NCBI GenBank assembly: GCA_014727975.1 | Contig: WJMK01000014.1 | Location: 2,558-66,557 of the forward strand | Source of the DNA: Candidatus Micrarchaeota archaeon | Lineage (GTDB): Archaea; Micrarchaeota; Micrarchaeia; Anstonellales; Bilamarchaeaceae | Length of the DNA stretch: 64,000 bases | Reading direction: 5' to 3' | Shown: one piece after another, positions 8,949-17,585 of the stretch | Layout of the letters: every line of letters begins with the position of its first letter | Position numbering within the stretch: the first letter of the stretch is position 1 | Notes under the pieces: model-generated | The model's input: the letters and a program-made list of their open reading frames with translations, nothing else | Told to the model about the DNA's origin: nothing | Databases searched by the model: none | Program-made: the position numbers and the translations under genes

Positions 8949-11474
8949 ATGGCCAGGGAAACCAAATCCTGTGAAAAAACCAAGCCCAAAAGAAAACAGA
9001 AACGGCACAGGATACGGAATTTTTTCAGGGTGCACAAGACCAGATTGAAGCAGCTGGGCACGGTCGCTGCACTTTCTGCACTTGTAGGAATCGGAAGCAT
9101 CTCTCCCCCAAAAATGCCCATGGAAACCAGCAGGGGCGCAAGGGAGAAAGCAGCGGAGATTTCCAAAACCCCGCTGGGAGAAGAGATGAACAAAGAGCAG
9201 AAAGAATATTTGTGCGAGATACTGACAAGGGCAGAAAGGCGATGGGTTTTGCGTGAGGTCAGTGCAGCCATAGGCCACCAAAAATTTGAGCCGTTCATGC
9301 TTGAGTATTTAGGAATAATTCTGTCTGAACAAAAAGTGGGCCTGCAGAAGAAAAGGGAGAATATCAAGTGGTTTTTGAAAATCCTGGACTATCCTGGGCT
9401 TGAAGCTCAGATGGTTAGGAATGCTATCAAAGACTACGAATCCCGGGCAGGCGATATCGGGTTTTACCTGCATGAGCATATCAACTACTCCATTCTGGGT
9501 GCACACATGGTTCGCAGTGTGAGGGAAGAGATGGGGAATGATTACAAAATAGTGTTGGAAGGAATGAAAAAATCTGCAGAAAATCCGAATTCCACAAAAA
9601 GAGCCGGACTTGGGCCTGTGCAGGTGTCCCGCAATCTGGAAGCGGTGCGCAGCAGGTTCCCTGGAAATGCAGAAGAAATTTATTCATGCCTTGAGGCATA
9701 TTATTCCAACCCGAATTTCTCCAAATTGGGGGTCCCTGATGATTGGGAGACCCTTGTGATTGCAGGGCAGATATCAAAATTCATGCAAAATCTTGAGATG
9801 GATGGGGAGAAAAAGGGCATTATGACAAAGGCTCTTCTGAAAAATCCAAATTTCTCTGTTTTTGACCTGGATAAACCCCTTGCCACTGATTTTGAAAAAT
9901 TGATTGGGCATTTCGGGGAAGGGATATTTGAAGGGCAGATTGGGAAAAAAATGGATAAGTTATTGCAAAGCCCGCTTATTTACCGCTCTATGCTGGACCC
10001 AAAGAATGAATTTTGGGTGGGGAAAATGGGGGGGTGGAGCAGAAGGATAGACCCAAGGTCAATGATTGAAGCAATCCACGCATTTTCCAGCGGAGAATAC
10101 GCCAAGGAGGTATCCGAAAAAGGAGAGACGCATGCAAGAAAAGTCTGGAAAACTTTTCGGTTTCTGGCAAAAAGGATGGGCAGAACAGATATTTATGAGA
10201 TTGGGCTTGTAGGCGCAATAGACCCCATAACTTCGAGAGAACTTTTTGGAGAATTCTGCCAGGGCAGGGGCCCGGGCTGCTTGAAGGCTGCGGATTTGTT
10301 GGTATATGTCAGGGAACAAACGGGAGTTCTTTCTGAAAACGGGCAGGCACTGGGTTTCATTGAAGAGGTTCTGGAAAAAAGGCAAGAGGAATATGCCCCA
10401 TACTCTGCGCTGAGTGCCTTGCTGCACGGGGACTTTGACAGATTTGAATATCCAGGAGGGCTCGATGCACTCTACAATGAAGGAAAAAAACTCGCAGTTG
10501 AAGTTGGGGCCAATGGGGGAATTCCCACTTACCTGAATTTTGCTTATGCAATAGCAGAAGTGGGACCGGAAATGGCCAAAAGATTGCACCAGGAATTTGG
10601 ACTAGTGTATTTCACCAGGTATTCCTACAGGAGGTACAAACGCCTGGGCGAATATGGGCCTTCATTGCTGAAGCTGTTTGCACAGAATATCGGAAACACT
10701 AATGATGTGCGCCCAATATTCCTGATGGCAACGGGTAAAGCAGACTGGAATGGGGCATTTGAAAAGATAAAGCATAGCAATGAGAACTTTGAGGAATGCT
10801 TCCGCATCATGCTGGTTGAATCAGGCAGGGATTCCGAGCTTATTGAAAAAATCTCCCATGTTGGTTCAAAATACGGAAAAATAAAGTTGATGTTTCTTTC
10901 AGGGCATGGGAATGCGAGGGGGGTAAGGCTTGGGGAAGGCTTCGGGATGCGCAACAATCTTGACATAAGGGACAAAAATAGGATGGGGGAACTGCAGCGC
11001 TATTTTGCAGCAAGGCCCCAGATAATGCTCAATAGCTGTTCAACCGGAGGATGGAATAAAGGAGGAATCGGGCATGCAATTGCAAATGCAGTAAAGGGAG
11101 CAGAAGTGTTTGCCCCAAAACAAATTTTTGACGACTACGTGCTAGAGTTCGACCTTGCCTCAAAAAGAATAATCAGGGTAGATTATATCCGTAGGGACAG
11201 GAAAGTCGCTACCAACATATTCAGGGAAAGGCCCCCTGTCCCAGAGCATGCAAAGGAGCTGCCAAAAAAGTGGATAAGAAGGTCATTTGATGAATTCGTA
11301 AGGGAGAGGGGCAGGCCCAATTCAGAAATTGAAAGGGTTTTCGGAGGAGTTTTGCTGGGAACAGTGCAAAGAAAAGAAGATTTGGAAGCGCAGAGGCAGG
11401 CAGCAGAATATATGTACTTGGAAGAACAGAAGAAAAGGGCGTTTGTCGTAATAGCTGCAACAAGCTTCATGTAA
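8949..11474 (+). CDS. 841-aa protein with basic N-terminus, hydrophobic segment, helical region and putative caspase-like/CHAT-like C-terminal domain
   Basis: IKLMFLSGHGNARGVRLG...RPQIMLNSCSTGG matches the His/Cys dyad pattern of clan CD peptidases. The remainder is helical with no recognised domain. Confidence 0.6.
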   Translation: MARETKSCEKTKPKRKQKRHRIRNFFRVHKTRLKQLGTVAALSALVGIGSISPPKMPMETSRGAREKAAEISKTPLGEEMNKEQKEYLCEILTRAERRWVLREVSAAIGHQKFEPFMLEYLGIILSEQKVGLQKKRENIKWFLKILDYPGLEAQMVRNAIKDYESRAGDIGFYLHEHINYSILGAHMVRSVREEMGNDYKIVLEGMKKSAENPNSTKRAGLGPVQVSRNLEAVRSRFPGNAEEIYSCLEAYYSNPNFSKLGVPDDWETLVIAGQISKFMQNLEMDGEKKGIMTKALLKNPNFSVFDLDKPLATDFEKLIGHFGEGIFEGQIGKKMDKLLQSPLIYRSMLDPKNEFWVGKMGGWSRRIDPRSMIEAIHAFSSGEYAKEVSEKGETHARKVWKTFRFLAKRMGRTDIYEIGLVGAIDPITSRELFGEFCQGRGPGCLKAADLLVYVREQTGVLSENGQALGFIEEVLEKRQEEYAPYSALSALLHGDFDRFEYPGGLDALYNEGKKLAVEVGANGGIPTYLNFAYAIAEVGPEMAKRLHQEFGLVYFTRYSYRRYKRLGEYGPSLLKLFAQNIGNTNDVRPIFLMATGKADWNGAFEKIKHSNENFEECFRIMLVESGRDSELIEKISHVGSKYGKIKLMFLSGHGNARGVRLGEGFGMRNNLDIRDKNRMGELQRYFAARPQIMLNSCSTGGWNKGGIGHAIANAVKGAEVFAPKQIFDDYVLEFDLASKRIIRVDYIRRDRKVATNIFRERPPVPEHAKELPKKWIRRSFDEFVRERGRPNSEIERVFGGVLLGTVQRKEDLEAQRQAAEYMYLEEQKKRAFVVIAATSFM

Positions 11475-11522
11475 ATGCCCGGGTCCTGAAGCATTTAAAA
11501 ACTCTCACGGGGCAAAAAAACT

Positions 11523-12806
11523 ATGGGCAAGCCCAATATTTTCCCTGCAGTTATTGTTGCGGCAGTGCTTCTTGCACTGGGAATCAGCTATTTTGGCGCG
11601 GATTCGTGCAGCAGGTGCGATGACGGAAACCCCTGCACCGCAGACCTCTGCAGCATAGACACCCAATACAGGTGCATGCATACGGCGCTGGACGGGGAAT
11701 ACGGGGGCTGTAGTGGGGAAACGGATGAATGCCATGCAAAAACCTGCAGCAGCGGGGCATGCGTGGAGGAGCAGGTGAGTGCCTGCAGCTATTCGCTGGA
11801 ATGCAATGCGCCGGCCCTGCTGAACCCTCCTTATGAACACTACAAGACCGCGCTTGGGGAGCCCACCTTGCAGTGCACGGTTTCGAACCTGGATGGTGTT
11901 GCAGGAAAGGTTGAGCTGAGCGCGGCGGTTGAGGGGTATTCCGGGGTTTTCGAAAAAACTATTGAGCTGGGGCCAAACGAAACAAAGGAAATAGGTGTTG
12001 CGCTCAATTTCAATGAGAAATTCTATTCGCTGGAGGAAAGCACATTCTCAACCCTAAAAACAAGGCTCTCCCGCTCCAATTATACGCTGCAGAGCAACTC
12101 GGAAACCATACAGATGGAAAAGGCAACAATCTATGCGCCTCCTCGCGGGGAAGAGGAACTGCTTGCGGTATGGGTAACCTACAACGACCCCTGCATAGAA
12201 GAGATTATTTCAGAGGCAAAAAAGCTCACCCCGGATGGGGAATTCCGCGCCTACCAGAGGGAGGAAGATGACAGGATGGAAGAAATGGAAGCTGTGTTCT
12301 ATGCGCTGCGCTACCAGAACATCACCTATGTTTCAAGCAGCTTTTCCACAACCGACATAGGAACTACATTCTACAACCAGAACGTAAGGCTTCCTTACCA
12401 GTCCCTCAAATACAAGCAGATGAACTGCGTAGACGGGGCAGTGCTCTATTCCGCAATACTGGAAAAGCTGGAATACGAAACCGCGGTTGCGTTCTCCCCT
12501 GGGCATGCATTCGTGCTTGTGAAAAGCAGGGATAGTGGCTGGGGACTGGGTTTTTTCGGAAGCATGTTTTCCGGGTGGGATAGCGAATGGATTGCCATTG
12601 AAACAACCGACACCGGGGACCCTGAAGCAACATTTGAGGACGCTGTGCGGGCAGGCCAGAGGAACCTGGACCAGGCAACACAGATTGTGGATGTGCATTC
12701 TGCAATAGAAGAGGGGATTGTGCCCCTGCCAGTGGGAGGGCACCAGTGCGGGATAGCTGACCTGAGCCAGAAAGCGGAAGAGCACCAGGCCCTGATGGGC
12801 AACTGA
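11523..12806 (+). CDS. Membrane-anchored Cys-rich protein with transglutaminase-like domain
   Basis: N-terminal TM segment, CSRCDDGNPCTADLCSIDTQYRC Cys-rich region, putative triad in QMNCVDGAVLYSAIL / FSPGHAFVLV / IAIETTDTGDP. Confidence 0.7.
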   Translation: MGKPNIFPAVIVAAVLLALGISYFGADSCSRCDDGNPCTADLCSIDTQYRCMHTALDGEYGGCSGETDECHAKTCSSGACVEEQVSACSYSLECNAPALLNPPYEHYKTALGEPTLQCTVSNLDGVAGKVELSAAVEGYSGVFEKTIELGPNETKEIGVALNFNEKFYSLEESTFSTLKTRLSRSNYTLQSNSETIQMEKATIYAPPRGEEELLAVWVTYNDPCIEEIISEAKKLTPDGEFRAYQREEDDRMEEMEAVFYALRYQNITYVSSSFSTTDIGTTFYNQNVRLPYQSLKYKQMNCVDGAVLYSAILEKLEYETAVAFSPGHAFVLVKSRDSGWGLGFFGSMFSGWDSEWIAIETTDTGDPEATFEDAVRAGQRNLDQATQIVDVHSAIEEGIVPLPVGGHQCGIADLSQKAEEHQALMGN

Positions 12807-12848
12807 GCTTATCAAAAACTATTTATACCTCATTATTGATTTGTGTGC

Positions 12849-13772
12849 ATGAGCCGCCGTGTGGACCAGACTGTAAAGGACATAAAGTCGCTTAAGGTGC
12901 AGGGTGCGCGCAATGTTGCAAAGGCAGGGGTGCGCGCAATAATGTATGCGGTTGAGGACTCCAGGGCAAAAACCGTGAACGGTGTAAAGGCAGACGTTGT
13001 GAAAGCATCTCTGAAGCTTTCCGGGGCAAGGCCTACCGAGCCCATGCTGAGGAACTACCTGGATGAAACAATAGAATTTATGGCTTCCGAGATTGCAGCA
13101 GTGAAAACACGGAGCGTGGAAAAATTCAAGGAAGCCGTAATCAAGAGCGAAAATGAATACCTGAAAAGGATGCGGGATGACCTTGCACGGCTGAAGGAAT
13201 ACGGGGCAGCAATGCTGACAGACGGGATGCTGGTTGTTACGCACTGCCACTCAAGCACAGTTACGGGAGTGATAAAAGAAGCGCATAAGCAGGGGAGGGA
13301 GCTGAAAGTTGTTGCATGCGAGACCCGCCCGAGATACCAGGGCAGGAGTACTGCCAAGGAGCTTGCGCGCGCAGGGCTGGATGTGACCATTACTGTGGAC
13401 ATGGGAATTGCAAAATTCATGAAAAAGGCGGATATTGTGCTGGTGGGGGCAGACGCAATCAATTCGACCGGAGACCTGATCAACAAGGTAGGGACACGGG
13501 CGCTTGCCCACCTTGCAAAGGACTATTCTGTTTCATTTTTCTCATGTGCTGAAAGCTACAAGTATGACTCCCTTACCTTATATGGGGTTAAAGAAAAAAT
13601 CGAGGAGCGCAGCCCGAAAGAGGTTTGGGAGAGGGCACCCCGGAAAGTAAAGGTCTCCAACCCTGCATTTGATGTTACTGCATCGAGGTACATAAGCGGG
13701 TACATTACAGAAAAGGGGGTAGTGCCGCCCTCTGCACTTTCAGGAATTGCAAAAAAGAAGATGGGTGAATAA
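12849..13772 (+). CDS. Ribose-1,5-bisphosphate isomerase (eIF2B-alpha family)
   Basis: VVACETRPRYQGRSTAKELARAGLDVTITVDMGIAKFMKKADIVLVGADAINSTGDLINKVGT. Adjacent to AMP phosphorylase; a TATA-like box lies just upstream. Confidence 0.9.
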   Translation: MSRRVDQTVKDIKSLKVQGARNVAKAGVRAIMYAVEDSRAKTVNGVKADVVKASLKLSGARPTEPMLRNYLDETIEFMASEIAAVKTRSVEKFKEAVIKSENEYLKRMRDDLARLKEYGAAMLTDGMLVVTHCHSSTVTGVIKEAHKQGRELKVVACETRPRYQGRSTAKELARAGLDVTITVDMGIAKFMKKADIVLVGADAINSTGDLINKVGTRALAHLAKDYSVSFFSCAESYKYDSLTLYGVKEKIEERSPKEVWERAPRKVKVSNPAFDVTASRYISGYITEKGVVPPSALSGIAKKKMGE

Positions 13773-13773
13773 G

Positions 13774-15393
13774 ATGAAGCCGGTTAGCGTTAATGAAAAA
13801 ACAAAAAACAATGCACAGGGAAGGGTGCTCAGCCAGGAGGAGAAAGAAAAACGGGAGAAGAAAAAGGAGCTCTGGGAGAAAAAGAAATATATCTGCCAGG
13901 TAAAGCTAATTGACATCTGCACCGAAAAAAATATAGTCGTGCTCAATATGGAGGATGCAGAAGACAACGATATCTACAATGGGTACAGGGTAACCCTCCA
14001 TCACGATTCCAAGGAGATTGTTTCCTTGGTGGACCTGAGCAGCGAGATGGTGAAAAGGGGGGAAATCGGGCTTTTCAGGAATGTTGCGGAGAAGCTGAAA
14101 CTAAAGGACGGGGACCTTCTGCATATAAAGCACATGGAAAGGCCTGCAAGCCTGGATTTCATAAGAATGAAGCTGGATGGGGAAAGCCTTACAAGCAAGC
14201 AGATATCCAGCATCATAAACGAGCTTATGAACAACAGGCTTTCAGAAGCTGAGCTTTCATCGTTTATTTCTGCAGTCTACATAAGGGGAATGGGGGAAGA
14301 TGAGACGGTTGCGCTCACAAACGCAATTGTGGATTCCGGGGACAATCTGGACCTGGGGGTTGGCCCTGTTGCGGACAAGCATTGCATCGGGGGGGTCGCA
14401 GGGAACCGCACCACCATGGTTATCACTCCCATAATCGCTGCTTCCGGAATCTACATGCCAAAAACATCATCCCGGGCGATTACATCTGCTGCAGGAACTG
14501 CGGACACTATGGAAGTGCTTGCAGATGTGGATTTCAACATCCATGAGCTCAAGGAGATCGTTACAAAATGCAAGGGGGCCATGGTGTGGGGTGGAGGGAC
14601 AAACATTGCAGCTGCGGACGACAAGCTCATCAAGCTCAGGAACCCGATGAGCCTGGACCCAAGGGGGATGCTGCTTGCATCAATACTTGCAAAAAAGAGT
14701 GCAGTGGGTGCCAAATATGTTGCAATAGACATCCCGATTGGGAGGGGCGCAAAAATACTGGATATGCCAAAGGCTGAAGCACTGGGTGCAGACTTCATCA
14801 AGATTGGGAAAAGGCTCGGGATGACTATGGAGAGCCTTATAACAGACGGGGCAGAGCCTGTGGGAAATGGCATTGGATGCGCACTTGAATGCAAGGATGT
14901 TATGGAAGTGCTGCAGGGGAAGGGACCACACGACCTAAGGAACAAAAGCACGCTTATTGCAGGAAGGATACTCGAGCTAGTGGGCAAGGTCCCTGAAGGG
15001 CAGGGGAGGGACATGGCAGAGCTGATGCTTACAAACGGTAAAGCATGGAACAAAATGAAGGAGATTATTGAGCTGCAGGGAGGAAACCCGAACATAAAGG
15101 AAGGCGACCTGCCTATTGGGCAGCACAAGCATACGATAACTGCAGAAAGGGCAGGAAAAATCAGCCATATAGACAACAAAGGGATCAACAAAATTGCAAG
15201 GTCTGCAGGCGCCCCCAGGGACAAGGGCGCAGGAGTTTACCTGCACCGGCTAAAGGGAGACCGTGTAAAGGAAGGAGATGTGCTTTTTGATATTTATGCG
15301 GAAAGCGAATCAAAGCTGGATTTTGCGATAAAGGCGGTTGAGGTCTGGAAGCCTGTTGAGCTGGAGAAATTCCTCCTTGGCACGATGAGGTAA
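13774..15393 (+). CDS. AMP phosphorylase
   Basis: DKHCIGGVAGNRTTMVITPIIAA, TSSRAITSAAGTADTMEVLADV with an extended archaeal N-terminal domain; paired with R15P isomerase. Confidence 0.93.
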   Translation: MKPVSVNEKTKNNAQGRVLSQEEKEKREKKKELWEKKKYICQVKLIDICTEKNIVVLNMEDAEDNDIYNGYRVTLHHDSKEIVSLVDLSSEMVKRGEIGLFRNVAEKLKLKDGDLLHIKHMERPASLDFIRMKLDGESLTSKQISSIINELMNNRLSEAELSSFISAVYIRGMGEDETVALTNAIVDSGDNLDLGVGPVADKHCIGGVAGNRTTMVITPIIAASGIYMPKTSSRAITSAAGTADTMEVLADVDFNIHELKEIVTKCKGAMVWGGGTNIAAADDKLIKLRNPMSLDPRGMLLASILAKKSAVGAKYVAIDIPIGRGAKILDMPKAEALGADFIKIGKRLGMTMESLITDGAEPVGNGIGCALECKDVMEVLQGKGPHDLRNKSTLIAGRILELVGKVPEGQGRDMAELMLTNGKAWNKMKEIIELQGGNPNIKEGDLPIGQHKHTITAERAGKISHIDNKGINKIARSAGAPRDKGAGVYLHRLKGDRVKEGDVLFDIYAESESKLDFAIKAVEVWKPVELEKFLLGTMR

Positions 15394-15433
15394 CCCTTTT
15401 AAATTGTTTTTTGCTTTTATTCTCTCCACAATT

Positions 15434-15531
15434 AACCCTCCATAGCTCAGTGGTAGAGCGGTCGGCTGTAGCTTGTTGTCTGCTTAATAGCAGAAACCGA
15501 CAGGTCGTGTGTTCAAATCACACTGGAGGGA
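15434..15531 (+). tRNA. tRNA-Tyr(GTA) with about 24-26 nt intron after position 37
   Basis: CCCTCCA acceptor pairs with TGGAGGG; GTCGG-CTGTAG...A-CCGAC anticodon arm interrupted by cttgttgtctgcttaatagcagaa; T arm GTGTG-TTCAAAT-CACAC. End coordinate may be off by 1-2 nt. Confidence 0.88.
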
Positions 15532-15599
15532 ATTAATTCTCAGGTGGCTGCCGAAACAAAAAAATTAGCTTTTTAAATCATAGACCCCATAAAAAGGGC

Positions 15600-16700
15600 A
15601 TGAAGAAAATCCTTTTATTGTTATTGCTGCTAAGCAGCGCCTTTGCAATAGAAGTAATAGAATATTACGGGGTGGGGTGCCCGCACTGCACAAGGACAGC
15701 GGAGTTGCTGGAGGGAATACAGGATGAATACAACCTTACTTTTGTAAAGAAAGAAGTTTACCAGAATGCAGACAACCGGGCAGAGATGTTTGAAGTTTAT
15801 GAAGATTTCGGGGAAGACCCTGCAAACGGGGGTGTCCCCACCATGCTGGTTGAAGGAAAGGCAATGATAATAGGGGAGCTTACAGAAGAGCAGTGGAGGA
15901 ACCTTTTGGAGGACTGCATGGAGGATGAATGCCCGGAAGGCGTTTTCACAATGAAAACAATTGACTCTGCACATGTGCCTTCTGTAAGCGAGATAAGGGA
16001 AGAGGACGAATACCAGGCACTTACTTTATGGGGACTGGTTGCTGCGGCAATAGTGGATTCAGTAAACCCCTGCACAATCGCAGTAATGGTTATGCTGATG
16101 GGCATAGTCCTGATGTCAGACGGAAGGAAGAAGATGCTTCTTTCCGGGATTGTGTTTACAATAGTTATATTTTGCGCATATGTGCTGATGGGGCTGGGAA
16201 TACTGCACGTGATAGACAATCCTGAGGTAACCAACCTATTTTATGGGGCCGCCACCCTTGGGCTGTTTATCCTTGCGGCAATGGAGCTGAACGGGTACTT
16301 CAATTATAAGCCCGGTTTCTTTGCAGTGGAGATGCCCATGTGGCTGAGGCCGCATGCAAAAAGGGTAATCGAGGGTGCAACATCCCTTCCAGGGGTTGCG
16401 CTTGCTGCGCTTTTCTGTTCCCTGTTCCTGCTTCCTTGCTCTTCAGGCCCCTACCTGGCAGTGCTTGCAATAATCTCCAAGGCAGTTACGCTGCAGGCGA
16501 TGACTTACCTCCTGCTGTATAACCTGATATTTGTTCTCCCCATGCTGATAATTGTTACAGCAATATATTTCGGTTATACCACAATAGAGAAAATAGGCGA
16601 GGCAAAAGAGAAATACATAAGGCAGATACACCTGGTTTCCGGGATTGTGCTGTTCCTGCTGTTCATTTACATGGCCTCAACATTCATGGGGGTATTCTGA
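15600..16700 (+). CDS. Secreted thioredoxin-like domain fused to CcdA/DsbD-like membrane domain
   Basis: Signal peptide, CPHC active site in YYGVGCPHCTRTAELLEG; membrane part with DSVNPCTIAVMVML and CSLFLLPCSSGPYLAVLA. Confidence 0.85.
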   Translation: MKKILLLLLLLSSAFAIEVIEYYGVGCPHCTRTAELLEGIQDEYNLTFVKKEVYQNADNRAEMFEVYEDFGEDPANGGVPTMLVEGKAMIIGELTEEQWRNLLEDCMEDECPEGVFTMKTIDSAHVPSVSEIREEDEYQALTLWGLVAAAIVDSVNPCTIAVMVMLMGIVLMSDGRKKMLLSGIVFTIVIFCAYVLMGLGILHVIDNPEVTNLFYGAATLGLFILAAMELNGYFNYKPGFFAVEMPMWLRPHAKRVIEGATSLPGVALAALFCSLFLLPCSSGPYLAVLAIISKAVTLQAMTYLLLYNLIFVLPMLIIVTAIYFGYTTIEKIGEAKEKYIRQIHLVSGIVLFLLFIYMASTFMGVF

Positions 16701-16751
16701 ACGGCGGCACCTTTATTAAGATTACTTAAAATAAATAGAATTCACCCCTTT

Positions 16752-16823
16752 GCCCTGGTAGTGTAGTGGTTATCATCCCGGCCTGTCGAGCCGGAGACCC
16801 GGGTTCAATTCCCGGCCAGGGCG
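16752..16823 (+). tRNA. tRNA-Asp(GTC)
   Basis: Full cloverleaf: GCCCTGG/CCAGGGC acceptor, CCGGC-CTGTCGA-GCCGG anticodon arm, CCGGG-TTCAATT-CCCGG T arm. Confidence 0.93.
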
Positions 16824-16870
16824 CACTTTTTCTCCAAATTATTTAAATAGCTGCATGCAAATATTCCAGC

Positions 16871-17554
16871 ATGAGAAAAACAGTATTTTTGCTTTTGGGA
16901 TTTGTGCTGCTGCTAATGCTTGGGTGCCCTTCAGAGGAAGCCGCTGGGGAGGCTGAGGTTCCTGATGAGGCTGGGCCTGGAAAAATGCCCGGAGAAGAGG
17001 CTCCTGAAGAAGAAGCCCATGGGGCGGCTGCAGAGGGAGAAACTCCCGGGGAAGTGCAGAATGAAACTATAGAAGAAGAGCCGGGGGAAGTCCCTGAAGA
17101 GGAAGAACCTGAAGAAGAGCCCATTATCTGCGTGCCTGTAGCAGTTTCAGGGTATGCGGAAGTAATTGTGTACAGGGATGATGTGCAATATTACGGGGAT
17201 GAGGGGATGGTGGTAAGCGCAAGGGAACTGGAAATCGGGAAAACCCTTAATGTTCCGGGTGGAGGGTCAGTAACACTTGAAGAGATACTCCTGGATGCGG
17301 ACTGTGAAGAATGCGGGGAAAAACCTTCCTGGACATACAGCCAGAAAGCAAAGTTAAGGATAAGCGTGCCCAATGCCCCTGAAGACATTGTAGTTGTTGC
17401 AGGAGAAGGGGGGCACGGGTTCTTCAACTCAAGCTATATGTGCAAAACACTGGACTGGGACGGGGAAACCTGCCTTGAGTACGTGCCGGATGGGCAGAAG
17501 CAGTATTACGTTGGAAGGGTTACAGCAGAGAAAACGTGTGTTTGGGAGGAGTAA
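16871..17554 (+). CDS. Putative lipoprotein with Glu/Pro-rich acidic linker and small C-terminal domain
   Basis: Signal with lipobox-like LLMLGC, then long E/P/G-rich stretch, then Cys-containing domain. Confidence 0.6.
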   Translation: MRKTVFLLLGFVLLLMLGCPSEEAAGEAEVPDEAGPGKMPGEEAPEEEAHGAAAEGETPGEVQNETIEEEPGEVPEEEEPEEEPIICVPVAVSGYAEVIVYRDDVQYYGDEGMVVSARELEIGKTLNVPGGGSVTLEEILLDADCEECGEKPSWTYSQKAKLRISVPNAPEDIVVVAGEGGHGFFNSSYMCKTLDWDGETCLEYVPDGQKQYYVGRVTAEKTCVWEE

Positions 17555-17585
17555 AACAAAAATAGAAAAAGGAGGGAAGCATAAG

